A DNA stretch of 25,520 nucleotides from a virus (Duplodnaviria; Caudoviricetes). Location of the stretch: positions 1-25,520 of IMG/VR virus record IMGVR_UViG_3300022178_000709, one strand, 5' to 3'. A program made the position numbers and the translations under genes. This document shows, piece after piece, positions 16,846 to 25,520 of the stretch (its first letter is position 1; each line of letters begins with the position of its first letter). The notes beneath the pieces are model-generated. The model saw only the letters and a program-made list of their open reading frames with translations. It was not told where the DNA came from and ran no database searches.

Positions 16846-17640
16846 ATGAATAGAACTTTAAAAAGACCAATGTTTAGAATGGGTGGATCAACAGGAACGG
16901 GTATTATATCAGGACTAGATCAACCAAGAAAACAATACAGTCAAGGAACTAATCCTTACGCTATGGGGAACTTTGCTCCTGGAACAGGTTCGGGTTTCTT
17001 AACTAGTTTTGGTTTAGATTTATTATCAAGAACACCACAAGGAAACATTTTTCAAACAGCAGCAACTTCTGCTAGAGAACCTTTTAAAGATTATCAAGCA
17101 GCTCAATTTAGAATGGGTGAAAAGATGGGTGAAAGAGATTTTTTAAGAGGTGAAAGAGAAGCAGGTCAAGAATTTAAAGCAGGTGAAAATGAATTAAACA
17201 GAGCAACTCAATTAGAAATTGCTGGTATGAGAGATAATAAAAATGATGCTTTGTATAATTCAATGTTAGAAAAATATGTAACAGATGGTTTACCACCACA
17301 AGCAGCTGAAAGAGCAGCAACGTTTGATACTCAAATGGCAGATGTTTTAAGGGGAGCTGTAGGCGGAACTAAATTTGGTGGAGTATTAGATATTGATGTT
17401 AGAGATCCTGAACAAGAAAAATTTATACTAAAACAAAAAAACAGATTTAATAATAAAGTATTCTACGATCCATATGAAGACAACTACAAATATTTAGTTA
17501 TTCAAAATGGACAAGTTGTGTTTGATGAATTTAAAACAATACCTGAAATTAAATTTCCTGACCTTGCAGCTTCAGAACCTGAAAAAAAAATGGAGCCTTC
17601 ACCAGATTTTGGTATGTCAATGGACGACCCAATACCATAG
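16846..17640 (+). CDS. Putative internal virion protein
   Basis: 264 aa, N-terminal LKRPMFRMGG, lies between the Q-rich gene and the 1316-aa gene. Confidence 0.6.
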   Translation: MNRTLKRPMFRMGGSTGTGIISGLDQPRKQYSQGTNPYAMGNFAPGTGSGFLTSFGLDLLSRTPQGNIFQTAATSAREPFKDYQAAQFRMGEKMGERDFLRGEREAGQEFKAGENELNRATQLEIAGMRDNKNDALYNSMLEKYVTDGLPPQAAERAATFDTQMADVLRGAVGGTKFGGVLDIDVRDPEQEKFILKQKNRFNNKVFYDPYEDNYKYLVIQNGQVVFDEFKTIPEIKFPDLAASEPEKKMEPSPDFGMSMDDPIP

Positions 17641-17648
17641 GCTTATAA

Positions 17649-20600
17649 ATGGCATTACAACCATTATACCCAGCAGAAGAAAATAATGAAGTATCATGGT
17701 ATACTTCTGGACTTGCAGGTATAGCATCCGGTGGTATCAAGGTTGTTGAAGGAGCATTTTCATTAGGTGCTGAGTTAATTGATTTAGGTTTTGATACTAA
17801 TTCTGCTGCACAAGTAGAAATGTTTTTTGATAAACTAAACCCTTTAGAAGAGTACGCAGAACAAACTGGTGTAGGTAAACTAACTCAAGCTTTAGTTCAA
17901 ATAGGTGTACCTGGTACAGCAGGTTTTAAACTAGGAAGTAAGTTAGCTAAAAAATATTTTGATTCAAAAAAAGCAGGACTGTTAGTTAGTGCAGGTTCTA
18001 AAAACATAACTAAACAAAAACAAATAGCAGACAGACTAAATAAACAAACAGGCTACGCTAGATTTGGCGTAGGTGCTGTAGGTGGAGCTGCAGGTGAAGC
18101 ATTTGTAGCTGATGTTGAAGAAATAGGATCGTTTGGTGATATGTTTGATAGAGGACCTACTCAACTAGATTCTTATGCTTTAGATGGTGGAAGAGAAGAT
18201 GCTACTAGAAAATTAATGAATAGATTAAAGTTTGGTAGTGAGTCTTTATTAATTACACCTTTTGCAGCGGGTATAGGTAAAGGAGCCAAGGCTCTTGCAA
18301 CACGGGGCAAGGACCTTGCATATAGTAACTATAAACTAGAAAGATTTTTAGGTAAGTTTGCACAAGCGTTCACGCCTGAAGGACCACTGACCAAGGCTGT
18401 TTTTGGTTCTCAAAAAGTAATGGAAGGTTTTAGATCTGCAGACGTAAACAGAGCAACAGAACTTATAAGAAAACTAGATACAAATTTAAGTAAAGCATTT
18501 CCACAAATGCAATCGGTATTAGATAGATCATTAACTAATAAGGAGAAAGACGTATTTCTTAAAGAAATAAATGAGTTAATGTTTGATGGAGATTTAACTA
18601 AATTAATAGATGGTAAAAAATCAGATGCATTTGTTAAAGCGTTAAAAGACAAAGGTGTAGATCAAAAAGTTATTGATTCAATTGTAGGCACCGTAGATGA
18701 AGCTAGAAGCACAATAGGTAATTTAATTAAAACTACAAACAATTATAATTCAAAAGAATTAAAAGATATTTTACAAGATAGAATAAAAGGTTTAACACAA
18801 AACACTTACAAAATTTTTGAAACTTCTCCTGTACTAGGTATATTTGGTAGATACAGACCTACTGATGATTCTATGGCGGAAGCTATAGATTTTTTTAGAC
18901 AACAAATTGCAGGCACCAACAAAGACAAAACATTTAAATTAGATAGTGATACTTACTACGAAGAAGCTAAAAATATTGTAGAGCGAATAATAGAAGACGG
19001 TATCAAAGCTAAGAAGACTGGTAGAGGTTTAGCAGATCCAAACTATGTATCTAAAACTTTAACAGACTTACCTGGAGGAAAATTTGTAGATGAAGTTATA
19101 GAAAGAACAGGTGCACCACCACAAGTTATTAAAAAATTATTGGGTGAAATGAAAGACCCAAGATACTCTATGTTCAATGCAATCACAGAACTATCAGGTA
19201 TAGCTAGATCAAGTGCAATGTTTAAAGAAATGTTTGATACCAACGCTGCAGCACAAGCACAAGGAGCTAGAGGTAGTTTTTGGGATTCAGTAGAAGCAGC
19301 AAAAGCTGCCACAAACAATCAAGCAAAAATTGTAAAAGTAGATAATGCACTAGCAGGTATGTCAGAATTTAAAGCAGGTAAAGCAAGCAATCCTTTAGGT
19401 GGTATGTTTACTACAGCAGATACAGCAGAAGCGTTAAAACGTATGAATGGAATAACAGAAGGTTTTTTAACAGCCGCTGTTAGAGGAAGAGAAGGAGCAA
19501 GTGCAGCAGAAAAAGGCACAAGTTTTTTATATAGAAATTTATTATTGTTTCCAAAAGCTACAGCACAGTTAGCAAAAACAGTTTTATCTATACCAACTCA
19601 CTTACGTAACATAATTAGTGCAGGTGCATTCGCTGGCGCTAATGGTATTTTGTTTGAAGGTTTTATGAATCCAAAACTATTAGGTGATTCGTTTAGAAAA
19701 GGTTGGCAAATATCAGGTGTTGGTAATTTAAAAAACACAAGATTTGCAGATGAAAATTTTGAAAAAGCTTACAGAGAATTATTAGAATTAGGTGTTGTAA
19801 ACTCACAAGTTCAAATAGGAGATTTAAAAAATCTAATGAGAGATGTAAACTTTGGCGACAGCATAATGGATCTTGATAAAATTGTAAACCCAATGCTTAA
19901 CAAACTTAAAAAAATCCCTGCATACTTACAAGGTAAGTATGTTGCAGAGGATGATTTTTGGAAAATTACAAACTACTTTGTAGAATTAAATAGAAGACAA
20001 GATGCATTAGTAAAAGATGGTATAAGAAGAGGTGTTAAAGTTGATCCAACAAAAGCAGACTTTTTAGCTAAACTTAAAACAGAAACAGCTGACATTGTTA
20101 AGAACACAGTTCCAAACTACAATTATGTTGGAGACTTTGTAAGAACAGCAAGACTATTACCGGTTGGTAACTTCATGTCTTTCCCATCTGAGATGTTAAG
20201 AACAACTACAAATATTGGTGGCCAAGCATTAAAAGAAATGAGGCACTCTAAACCAACTGTTGGAACTAACATAGCACCATGGGTTATTGATGCTGCTACA
20301 GGAACAGTAGTTAAAAATGATAATCCATTCTATAGAATAGGAGCAACTAGAATATCTGGAATGGCTTTTACACTAGGTGCAGTACCAGCAGCATTGGTAG
20401 AAGGATCTAAAGCATTATACAATGTATCAAAAGACGAACTAGAAGCACTACGTCAGTTCGTTCCTGATTGGTCTAGAAACTCAACACTAATACCAATGAG
20501 AGATGAAAAAACAGGTGAATTAAAATACATAGATTTTAGTCACAGTAATGCATATGATGTGGTTGCAAAACCTTTTAGAACTTTATTAAATGAAATAACA

Positions 20601-21599
20601 ACAGCATCAAACGATGGTGATACAATTTTAAAAGGATTTATGTCAGGTGTAGAAGAAGCAAGTGCAGAACTAGCAGCACCATTTGTAGATGAATCTATTT
20701 GGACAGAAGCTGCAACAGACTTAACTCTTAGAGCTGGTAGAACAAGAGAAGGTAAAGTTTTATACACAGATCAAACTCCTGCAGGAGATGTAGCACAAAT
20801 TAGATTTAGACATTTACTAGAAGCGTTACTACCTCAATACAAACCTTATATAAGAATAGCACAAGCTGCTACAGGTAAACCAAATAAACTTGGAGAAGTT
20901 TTAGCATTGGATGATCAGATAGCAGGTATAGCAGGATTCAGACCTACTAAAGTTGATCCACTAAAAGCTATGGGATTTAAAATATCTCAATACCAAACAG
21001 GTATAAGAAATGCTAGAAGAGAATTTACAGGTGGTTTCTTTGGACTACTAAGAGGAGGACCAATCAAACCTAATGATATTATTACAAGATTCTATGAATC
21101 TAACAAAGCAAGATTTAATGTACAAAAAGAAATGTTTAAGAACATCGATGCTGCACAAATTTTAGGTGTTAATACTAATTCTTTACGACAAACATTTCAA
21201 GATAGACAACTTACAACACAAACTTTTAATAATTTAAGAAGAGGAAAGTATGAACCTTATTTTCCATCTGATGATATTAGAGAAAGGTTTAGAGAGATTG
21301 CAAAAAATTTAGGAACGTTTGATGTATATAAAGAAGCGGTTCCTTACCTAAGAGCAATGAGATCACAGATGAGATTTTTAAATCTTGCAGATACTTTTGA
21401 TATAGACTTAGATGACTTTTCTATAGATACAGTGCAAACACCTAACTTACCAGACACACCTACGCCTGCAAATATTCAACCAAATGTAAGTAATCAGGCA
21501 CAAGCAGTAGATCCAAATAGCAACTTGACATCAACAGAGATGGCGTTACTATCTCCAGAAGAACAACTAATTCGATCAAGGTTAAGGAAAACAACATAA
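17649..21599 (+). CDS. Large internal virion/DNA ejection protein
   Basis: 1316 aa, mostly helical with Gly/Ala-rich hydrophobic N-terminal segments. It is the last and largest structural gene before lysis, as with podovirus ejection proteins. Confidence 0.65.
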   Translation: MALQPLYPAEENNEVSWYTSGLAGIASGGIKVVEGAFSLGAELIDLGFDTNSAAQVEMFFDKLNPLEEYAEQTGVGKLTQALVQIGVPGTAGFKLGSKLAKKYFDSKKAGLLVSAGSKNITKQKQIADRLNKQTGYARFGVGAVGGAAGEAFVADVEEIGSFGDMFDRGPTQLDSYALDGGREDATRKLMNRLKFGSESLLITPFAAGIGKGAKALATRGKDLAYSNYKLERFLGKFAQAFTPEGPLTKAVFGSQKVMEGFRSADVNRATELIRKLDTNLSKAFPQMQSVLDRSLTNKEKDVFLKEINELMFDGDLTKLIDGKKSDAFVKALKDKGVDQKVIDSIVGTVDEARSTIGNLIKTTNNYNSKELKDILQDRIKGLTQNTYKIFETSPVLGIFGRYRPTDDSMAEAIDFFRQQIAGTNKDKTFKLDSDTYYEEAKNIVERIIEDGIKAKKTGRGLADPNYVSKTLTDLPGGKFVDEVIERTGAPPQVIKKLLGEMKDPRYSMFNAITELSGIARSSAMFKEMFDTNAAAQAQGARGSFWDSVEAAKAATNNQAKIVKVDNALAGMSEFKAGKASNPLGGMFTTADTAEALKRMNGITEGFLTAAVRGREGASAAEKGTSFLYRNLLLFPKATAQLAKTVLSIPTHLRNIISAGAFAGANGILFEGFMNPKLLGDSFRKGWQISGVGNLKNTRFADENFEKAYRELLELGVVNSQVQIGDLKNLMRDVNFGDSIMDLDKIVNPMLNKLKKIPAYLQGKYVAEDDFWKITNYFVELNRRQDALVKDGIRRGVKVDPTKADFLAKLKTETADIVKNTVPNYNYVGDFVRTARLLPVGNFMSFPSEMLRTTTNIGGQALKEMRHSKPTVGTNIAPWVIDAATGTVVKNDNPFYRIGATRISGMAFTLGAVPAALVEGSKALYNVSKDELEALRQFVPDWSRNSTLIPMRDEKTGELKYIDFSHSNAYDVVAKPFRTLLNEITTASNDGDTILKGFMSGVEEASAELAAPFVDESIWTEAATDLTLRAGRTREGKVLYTDQTPAGDVAQIRFRHLLEALLPQYKPYIRIAQAATGKPNKLGEVLALDDQIAGIAGFRPTKVDPLKAMGFKISQYQTGIRNARREFTGGFFGLLRGGPIKPNDIITRFYESNKARFNVQKEMFKNIDAAQILGVNTNSLRQTFQDRQLTTQTFNNLRRGKYEPYFPSDDIRERFREIAKNLGTFDVYKEAVPYLRAMRSQMRFLNLADTFDIDLDDFSIDTVQTPNLPDTPTPANIQPNVSNQAQAVDPNSNLTSTEMALLSPEEQLIRSRLRKTT

Positions 21600-21778
21600 T
21601 GGCTAAAAAATCTGCAATACAAAAAATTGAAGATCATGAAAAACTGTGTCGTATTATGCAGAAACAAACTTTTGAACAAATCAAAGAAGTTAAAGAACGT
21701 TTAGCACGTATGGAGAAGATGATAATAGGAGGAGCATTTGGAATATGTATTGCGCTCTTATTAAACATGCTTAAATAA
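21599..21778 (+). CDS. Putative holin-like membrane protein, 59 aa (not in ORF track)
   Basis: MAKKSAIQKIEDHEKLCRIMQKQTFEQIKEVKERLARMEKMIIGGAFGICIALLLNMLK*: coiled coil plus one C-terminal TM helix (XhlA-like layout), TAATG-coupled, close to the endolysin. Confidence 0.65.
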   Translation: MAKKSAIQKIEDHEKLCRIMQKQTFEQIKEVKERLARMEKMIIGGAFGICIALLLNMLK

Positions 21779-21791
21779 AAGTATAAGAAAG

Positions 21792-22379
21792 ATGATTGTT
21801 GATAGAAATATATTTTTCGCACATATACCTAGAACGGCAGGTCGATTCATAAGAGGTACATTAATTGAAAATGGATACGATGTTAGACAATATGGAAGTT
21901 ATGAAAGTCATTACAAAGGGAAAGAAATTTTACATTTAACTTATCCTGAGTATCATGAGTTTTTAAATAATTATACAATGAAAAAATTTTCTGTTGTGAG
22001 AGAACCTGTTAGTAGATTTATTTCAATGGTTAGTAAAAATTGGATGTTTAATGAAGAGAAGATAGATAAAATGTTTAGAAGTCAAGAAGATTTTGATCAA
22101 ACAATAAACAATGAAATATTAAATAACCCTTCTAATTGGTTTGTTCCTCAAGTAAATTTTGTAGATCACAATACTAAAATATGGAAATTTGAAGATAATT
22201 TTAAAGATGAATTTGTTGAATGGATGATGTATAATTTTAACATTAAAATTAATAAATTTAAAAATTCTGATGAAGGTGTTGAGATAAATCAAATATCTTT
22301 AAATGAAGAAAAAATAAAATATATTAAAAATTATTATTACAAGGACTACAAATTATTTAACTATGAATTTAAGTCGTAA
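21792..22379 (+). CDS. Sulfotransferase family 2-like protein
   Basis: FAHIPRTAGRFI resembles the 5'-PSB loop and FSVVREPVSRFIS the 3'-PB motif. Also PQ..F, KFE and a C-terminal YYKDYKLFNY. Confidence 0.75.
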   Translation: MIVDRNIFFAHIPRTAGRFIRGTLIENGYDVRQYGSYESHYKGKEILHLTYPEYHEFLNNYTMKKFSVVREPVSRFISMVSKNWMFNEEKIDKMFRSQEDFDQTINNEILNNPSNWFVPQVNFVDHNTKIWKFEDNFKDEFVEWMMYNFNIKINKFKNSDEGVEINQISLNEEKIKYIKNYYYKDYKLFNYEFKS

Positions 22380-22839
22380 TTTCACACTTCAAGAATTAAT
22401 TAAATCAGACACTGCTGTTAGGTTAGATATAAATAACAATCCAAACTCAGGTCAGATAGAAAAACTAAAAGCATTGTGTGAAAATATTTTACAGCCGGTA
22501 CGTGACCACTTCGGCAGAGTAAAAGTAACTAGCGGATTTCGTAGCGAGCAGCTGTGCCTAAAAATAGGTAGCTCGATTAACAGTCAGCATGCAAAAGCTG
22601 AGGCCGCAGACTTCGAATGTATGGGCACCGACAATGCAGAATTAGCTGACTGGATTTATATGAACTTAGAATTTGATCAATTGATCCTCGAGTTCTACAC
22701 GCCCGGCGAACCAAACTCAGGATGGATACACTGTAGTTACACCACTGATCAACCTAGAAAACAGTTCTTACACGCATATAAATCAGAGGGAAAAACTAAA
22801 TACAAACCTGTTATCGGTAAAGCGGTAGATCTAGTTTAA
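22363..22839 (+). CDS. Endolysin, peptidase M15 family Zn-metallopeptidase
   Basis: LSRNFTLQEL...VTSGFRS...SQHAKAEAAD...FDQLILEF...WIHCS, giving H-x6-D...H Zn ligands. Confidence 0.85.
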   Translation: MNLSRNFTLQELIKSDTAVRLDINNNPNSGQIEKLKALCENILQPVRDHFGRVKVTSGFRSEQLCLKIGSSINSQHAKAEAADFECMGTDNAELADWIYMNLEFDQLILEFYTPGEPNSGWIHCSYTTDQPRKQFLHAYKSEGKTKYKPVIGKAVDLV

Positions 22840-23335
22840 AATCAAAAGATATAATTCTTTTTTTAAATTTAAGATTATTAGGTTTTGTAAAGTGTGTTAT
22901 AAATTGTGGCACAATTACTATATCTCCTTCTTCAACTTTAGGTTCATATATTATACTATCATCATTATGATTATTCCAAGGTTGCATGTACGAAGTAACC
23001 GGTGAATTTTTTTGCATATTTAAATACAAAATTCCACAATAGCCTTTAGAACCGTGGTTGTGTGGAACATGATAATCTCCTTTTTTATAACTTACAGACC
23101 AAACATCTCCAGACTGCATTACCCCCTCCATATTTTTACATATATTATTTAATTCTTCTGCAAATATATTAAAAAATTTTAAACTAAAGTTAGCGTTGTT
23201 TCTATTACTAGAAAAATTTTTAAAACGTTTTTCAGGATAGTCCTCTAGTATTTTATTAATTAATTTTTTCTTTTTTTTAAAATCAATAGATTTAATTTGT
23301 AGAAAATCTACTTTAAAAGCTGTATTTATATCCAT
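22811..23335 (-). CDS. Putative 2OG-Fe(II) oxygenase (HxH type)
   Basis: VWSVSYKKGDYHVPHNH...GILYL...EGDIVIVPQFITH...KRIISFD. Confidence 0.75.
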   Translation of the reverse strand: MDINTAFKVDFLQIKSIDFKKKKKLINKILEDYPEKRFKNFSSNRNNANFSLKFFNIFAEELNNICKNMEGVMQSGDVWSVSYKKGDYHVPHNHGSKGYCGILYLNMQKNSPVTSYMQPWNNHNDDSIIYEPKVEEGDIVIVPQFITHFTKPNNLKFKKRIISFDFKLDLPLYR

Positions 23336-24756
23336 TCTCTTAACTCCTCTCCCATTACTTCTGAGGCTATATTTATTTTTTTACGTAAAGCTTCTACTAT
23401 TTTTTCATCAATTGTATCCTCGGCAATTAAATCAATATAAGTTACGGTTTTCTTTTGTCCTATTCTATGTGCTCTGTCTTCTGATTGCAGCCTTTTTTCT
23501 AGATCATAACCATTAGAATAATAAATAACAGTATTAGCTTCGGTAAGTGTAATACCGTAACCACCTGTTTGAGGTGTACCTATAATAAATCTACATTTAG
23601 GATCATTTTGAAACTTACGAATAAAGTCTTGTCTATCTTCTTGTGGTGTTAAACCATAGTAATGAACATAAGAATCTGGACCATAAACTTTAATTATCTT
23701 CTGTATAATTTCACCAACACTTAATTGATAGTTAGCCCATATAATAACTTTACCGTCTGTATCTTCTAAAATAGACATCAATTCATTTAGTCTATTACTC
23801 TCAACTTGTTGTGTAGTACCATCATCAGCTGCTACGTACCCACAAGTAATTTGATGTAGTCTCATTAATTGTGTTAACACAGTCATAGTAGTAGTAACTT
23901 TACCATTTAAATGTGCGATAGCTTGTTCTTTCATTTGTTCGTAAACTTTTTTTTGATCAGGAGTTAAAGTTACATGACGTTTAATAAATACTTTAGGAGG
24001 TAAGTCTAAACAATCTTCTTTTAATACTCTGTAAGAAAATTCTTTTACTATGTCTGATAACTCTCCTAAGTTTTGAAACTTATCTACTACCTGGATAGAT
24101 CGTCCACGTATATGCATTGTTTTCATTTCTGCATATCTATTTCTGAATGCGTAATAAGAAGCAAAGTCTAACAACCATGGATCAAGGAACTCACACTGCG
24201 TATATAAATCTAATGGGTTCTTTGTAATAGGAGAACCCGTCATGATTCTTTTATACTTAGCATTTAAACCAATTTTAATAATATTTTTAGTTCTTTTAGC
24301 CGTAGGTGTTTTAATTGTAGTAGACTCATCAATAGCCATTAAAGCTTTGTGTGAATTAATAAATTTGTTTGCAAATTTTACACCTTTATCTGTAGACAAA
24401 GATTCTACATTCATAATTAAAATATGAAAAGCAGATTCTATTTCAAATAAAGATTCTAATTTTTCTCTTTGTGTTTTTGTAATATTAGGTTGCCATAACA
24501 CAGACACATTTTCTATGTGGTTTGGTAAGTGTGTAGGTAGTTCTTGTTCGTACCAAGTTTTAACAACACCTTTTGGTGCAACAATTAACACACCATCAAT
24601 CTTACCTTTGTCATATAACATTGCAACATTGTCTATTAATACTTTTGTTTTGCCTGTACCCATTTCCATAAAATAAGCATAGTTTTCTTTGTTCCAAGAT
24701 TTTTCTAATGCAGTTAATTGATGTGCATATGGTTTGGTTTTAAATTTATAATTCAT
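23326..24756 (-). CDS. SNF2-family (SF2) helicase/ATPase
   Basis: Walker A MEMGTGKT, motif II IDES, motif III TGSP, LHQI, motif V GGYGITLT, motif VI QSEDRAHRIGQ. Confidence 0.9.
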   Translation of the reverse strand: MNYKFKTKPYAHQLTALEKSWNKENYAYFMEMGTGKTKVLIDNVAMLYDKGKIDGVLIVAPKGVVKTWYEQELPTHLPNHIENVSVLWQPNITKTQREKLESLFEIESAFHILIMNVESLSTDKGVKFANKFINSHKALMAIDESTTIKTPTAKRTKNIIKIGLNAKYKRIMTGSPITKNPLDLYTQCEFLDPWLLDFASYYAFRNRYAEMKTMHIRGRSIQVVDKFQNLGELSDIVKEFSYRVLKEDCLDLPPKVFIKRHVTLTPDQKKVYEQMKEQAIAHLNGKVTTTMTVLTQLMRLHQITCGYVAADDGTTQQVESNRLNELMSILEDTDGKVIIWANYQLSVGEIIQKIIKVYGPDSYVHYYGLTPQEDRQDFIRKFQNDPKCRFIIGTPQTGGYGITLTEANTVIYYSNGYDLEKRLQSEDRAHRIGQKKTVTYIDLIAEDTIDEKIVEALRKKINIASEVMGEELREWI

Positions 24757-24777
24757 AATTTTTTTTCTTCTTTCTAG

Positions 24778-24814
24778 TTGACATCCATATAAACATGTTT
24801 ATATTGTTTGTCAA
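24778..24814. promoter_or_regulatory. Overlapping bidirectional sigma70-like promoter with central palindrome
   Basis: TTGACA (24778-24783) and TGTCAA (24809-24814) flank the perfect palindrome ATATAAACATGTTTATAT (24787-24804). Confidence 0.7.
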
Positions 24815-25182
24815 TGTTAGAAAGAAAAGTTTATGTAATACAAGAAATACCGGGTAGCCAAGCAGGTACTCCTAAAATAAATATTATGGGTGCAGCTGCT
24901 TATTCTACAACCAATGACTTTAATTTTTTATTACCGGAATTTTCTCAAATGATTTTTTCTCCTGGTCCATTAATTTTTAAATTAAGAAAAGGTTTAAGAA
25001 ATTATAAACCAGAAGATTATTTATTATTGACAGGTGATCCTGCAATCATTGGTGTTGCATGTTCTATTGTATCTGATATTACAAACGGTAAATACAATGT
25101 ATTGAAGTGGGATAAACAAGAAAGAAAATATTATCCTATCGAGATTAATCTATACGAGAAAGGAGAAATAGATGTCGATTAA
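24814..25182 (+). CDS. Hypothetical alpha/beta phage protein
   Basis: Probable start is ATG 24814 (the track uses TTG 24808). Contains DYLLLTGDP and LKWDKQERKYYP. Confidence 0.75.
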   Translation: MLERKVYVIQEIPGSQAGTPKINIMGAAAYSTTNDFNFLLPEFSQMIFSPGPLIFKLRKGLRNYKPEDYLLLTGDPAIIGVACSIVSDITNGKYNVLKWDKQERKYYPIEINLYEKGEIDVD

Positions 25183-25520
25183 ACAAACAATAAAGTTTAA
25201 AAATGAAATAAACTTTGAAGCAGATCAACAAGATGCAATGAGTAAAACTGAAAACATTCAGTCTCTTGCAGATCAAGTACAAATGTTAGAGGGGTTGCAC
25301 AAAAGAATAGAGGCAAGTGAAAATAACATTAAAGATTTAAAAAAAGAATACCTACGTATATCAGGTGAAGTTATACCAACCATGATGTCCGAGATGGGTT
25401 TAGCAGAATTAAAACTACAAGATGGATCACATCTTAAAGTTTCAACGTCGTATCGTGCTACTATTACAGAAGCAAATAAAGAAGCGGCGTTTAACTGGCT
25501 TCGTAACAATGGATTAGGTG
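25172..25520 (+). CDS. Hypothetical phage protein (coiled coil then alpha/beta), 3' truncated (not in ORF track)
   Basis: AGGAG SD at 25161-25165, ATG 25172, open to the window end: MSIKQTIKFKNEINFEADQQ...IPTMMSEMGLAELKLQDGS...AAFNWLRNNGLG. Confidence 0.85.
   Translation, partial: MSIKQTIKFKNEINFEADQQDAMSKTENIQSLADQVQMLEGLHKRIEASENNIKDLKKEYLRISGEVIPTMMSEMGLAELKLQDGSHLKVSTSYRATITEANKEAAFNWLRNNGLG

Noticed and set aside
18280-18400. Local GC-rich patch with CAAGGCTCTTGCA/CAAGGACCTTGCA near-repeat
   Set aside because: Only 4-5-bp stems, and the repeat is explained by the KALA/KDLA peptide. Too weak without alignments.
2285-21601. Eight TAATG stop-start overlaps (2287, 3044, 9424, 13583, 13747, 14076, 15737, 21599)
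   Set aside because: Ordinary translational coupling in compact phage genomes. Used only as support for the small CDS calls.
22490-22720. Elevated GC in the endolysin as a possible embedded spanin (Rz1-like) gene
   Set aside because: Both alternative + frames contain stops in the part I checked, and I saw no lipobox signal.
25273-25509. 78-aa minus-strand ORF
   Set aside because: Antisense to the SD-supported + strand gene starting at 25172.

Overview
A ~25.5-kb AT-rich segment of a lytic dsDNA tailed phage, probably a marine podovirus. Gene order and composition suggest a SAR11/Pelagibacter phage of the HTVC023P-like kind, but this is recognition only and is not verified. The + strand carries a tightly coupled virion operon: a decoration-like protein, two head-tail adaptor-like proteins, tail and fibre proteins, and a Gly/Pro-rich fibre with a partner protein. 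It is interrupted by a separately promoted cassette of five tandem 2OG-Fe(II) oxygenase-fold genes. After the cassette come a tail tubular B-like protein, four putative internal/ejection proteins and a lysis module (holin-like protein, an interposed sulfotransferase-like gene, M15 peptidase endolysin). A sixth oxygenase and an SNF2-type helicase lie on the - strand, and a symmetric bidirectional promoter opens the next + strand module. Six real CDSs are missing from the supplied ORF track. The most interesting signals are the oxygenase/sulfotransferase set as a possible virion-modification system, a structured leader that can pair with its own Shine-Dalgarno (446-500), a GC-rich structured and possibly dual-coding island inside an ejection-protein gene (16215-16475), a long hairpin at the cassette boundary, and leaderless and bidirectional promoters. 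No rRNA, tRNA, CRISPR array, integrase or transposase was seen.
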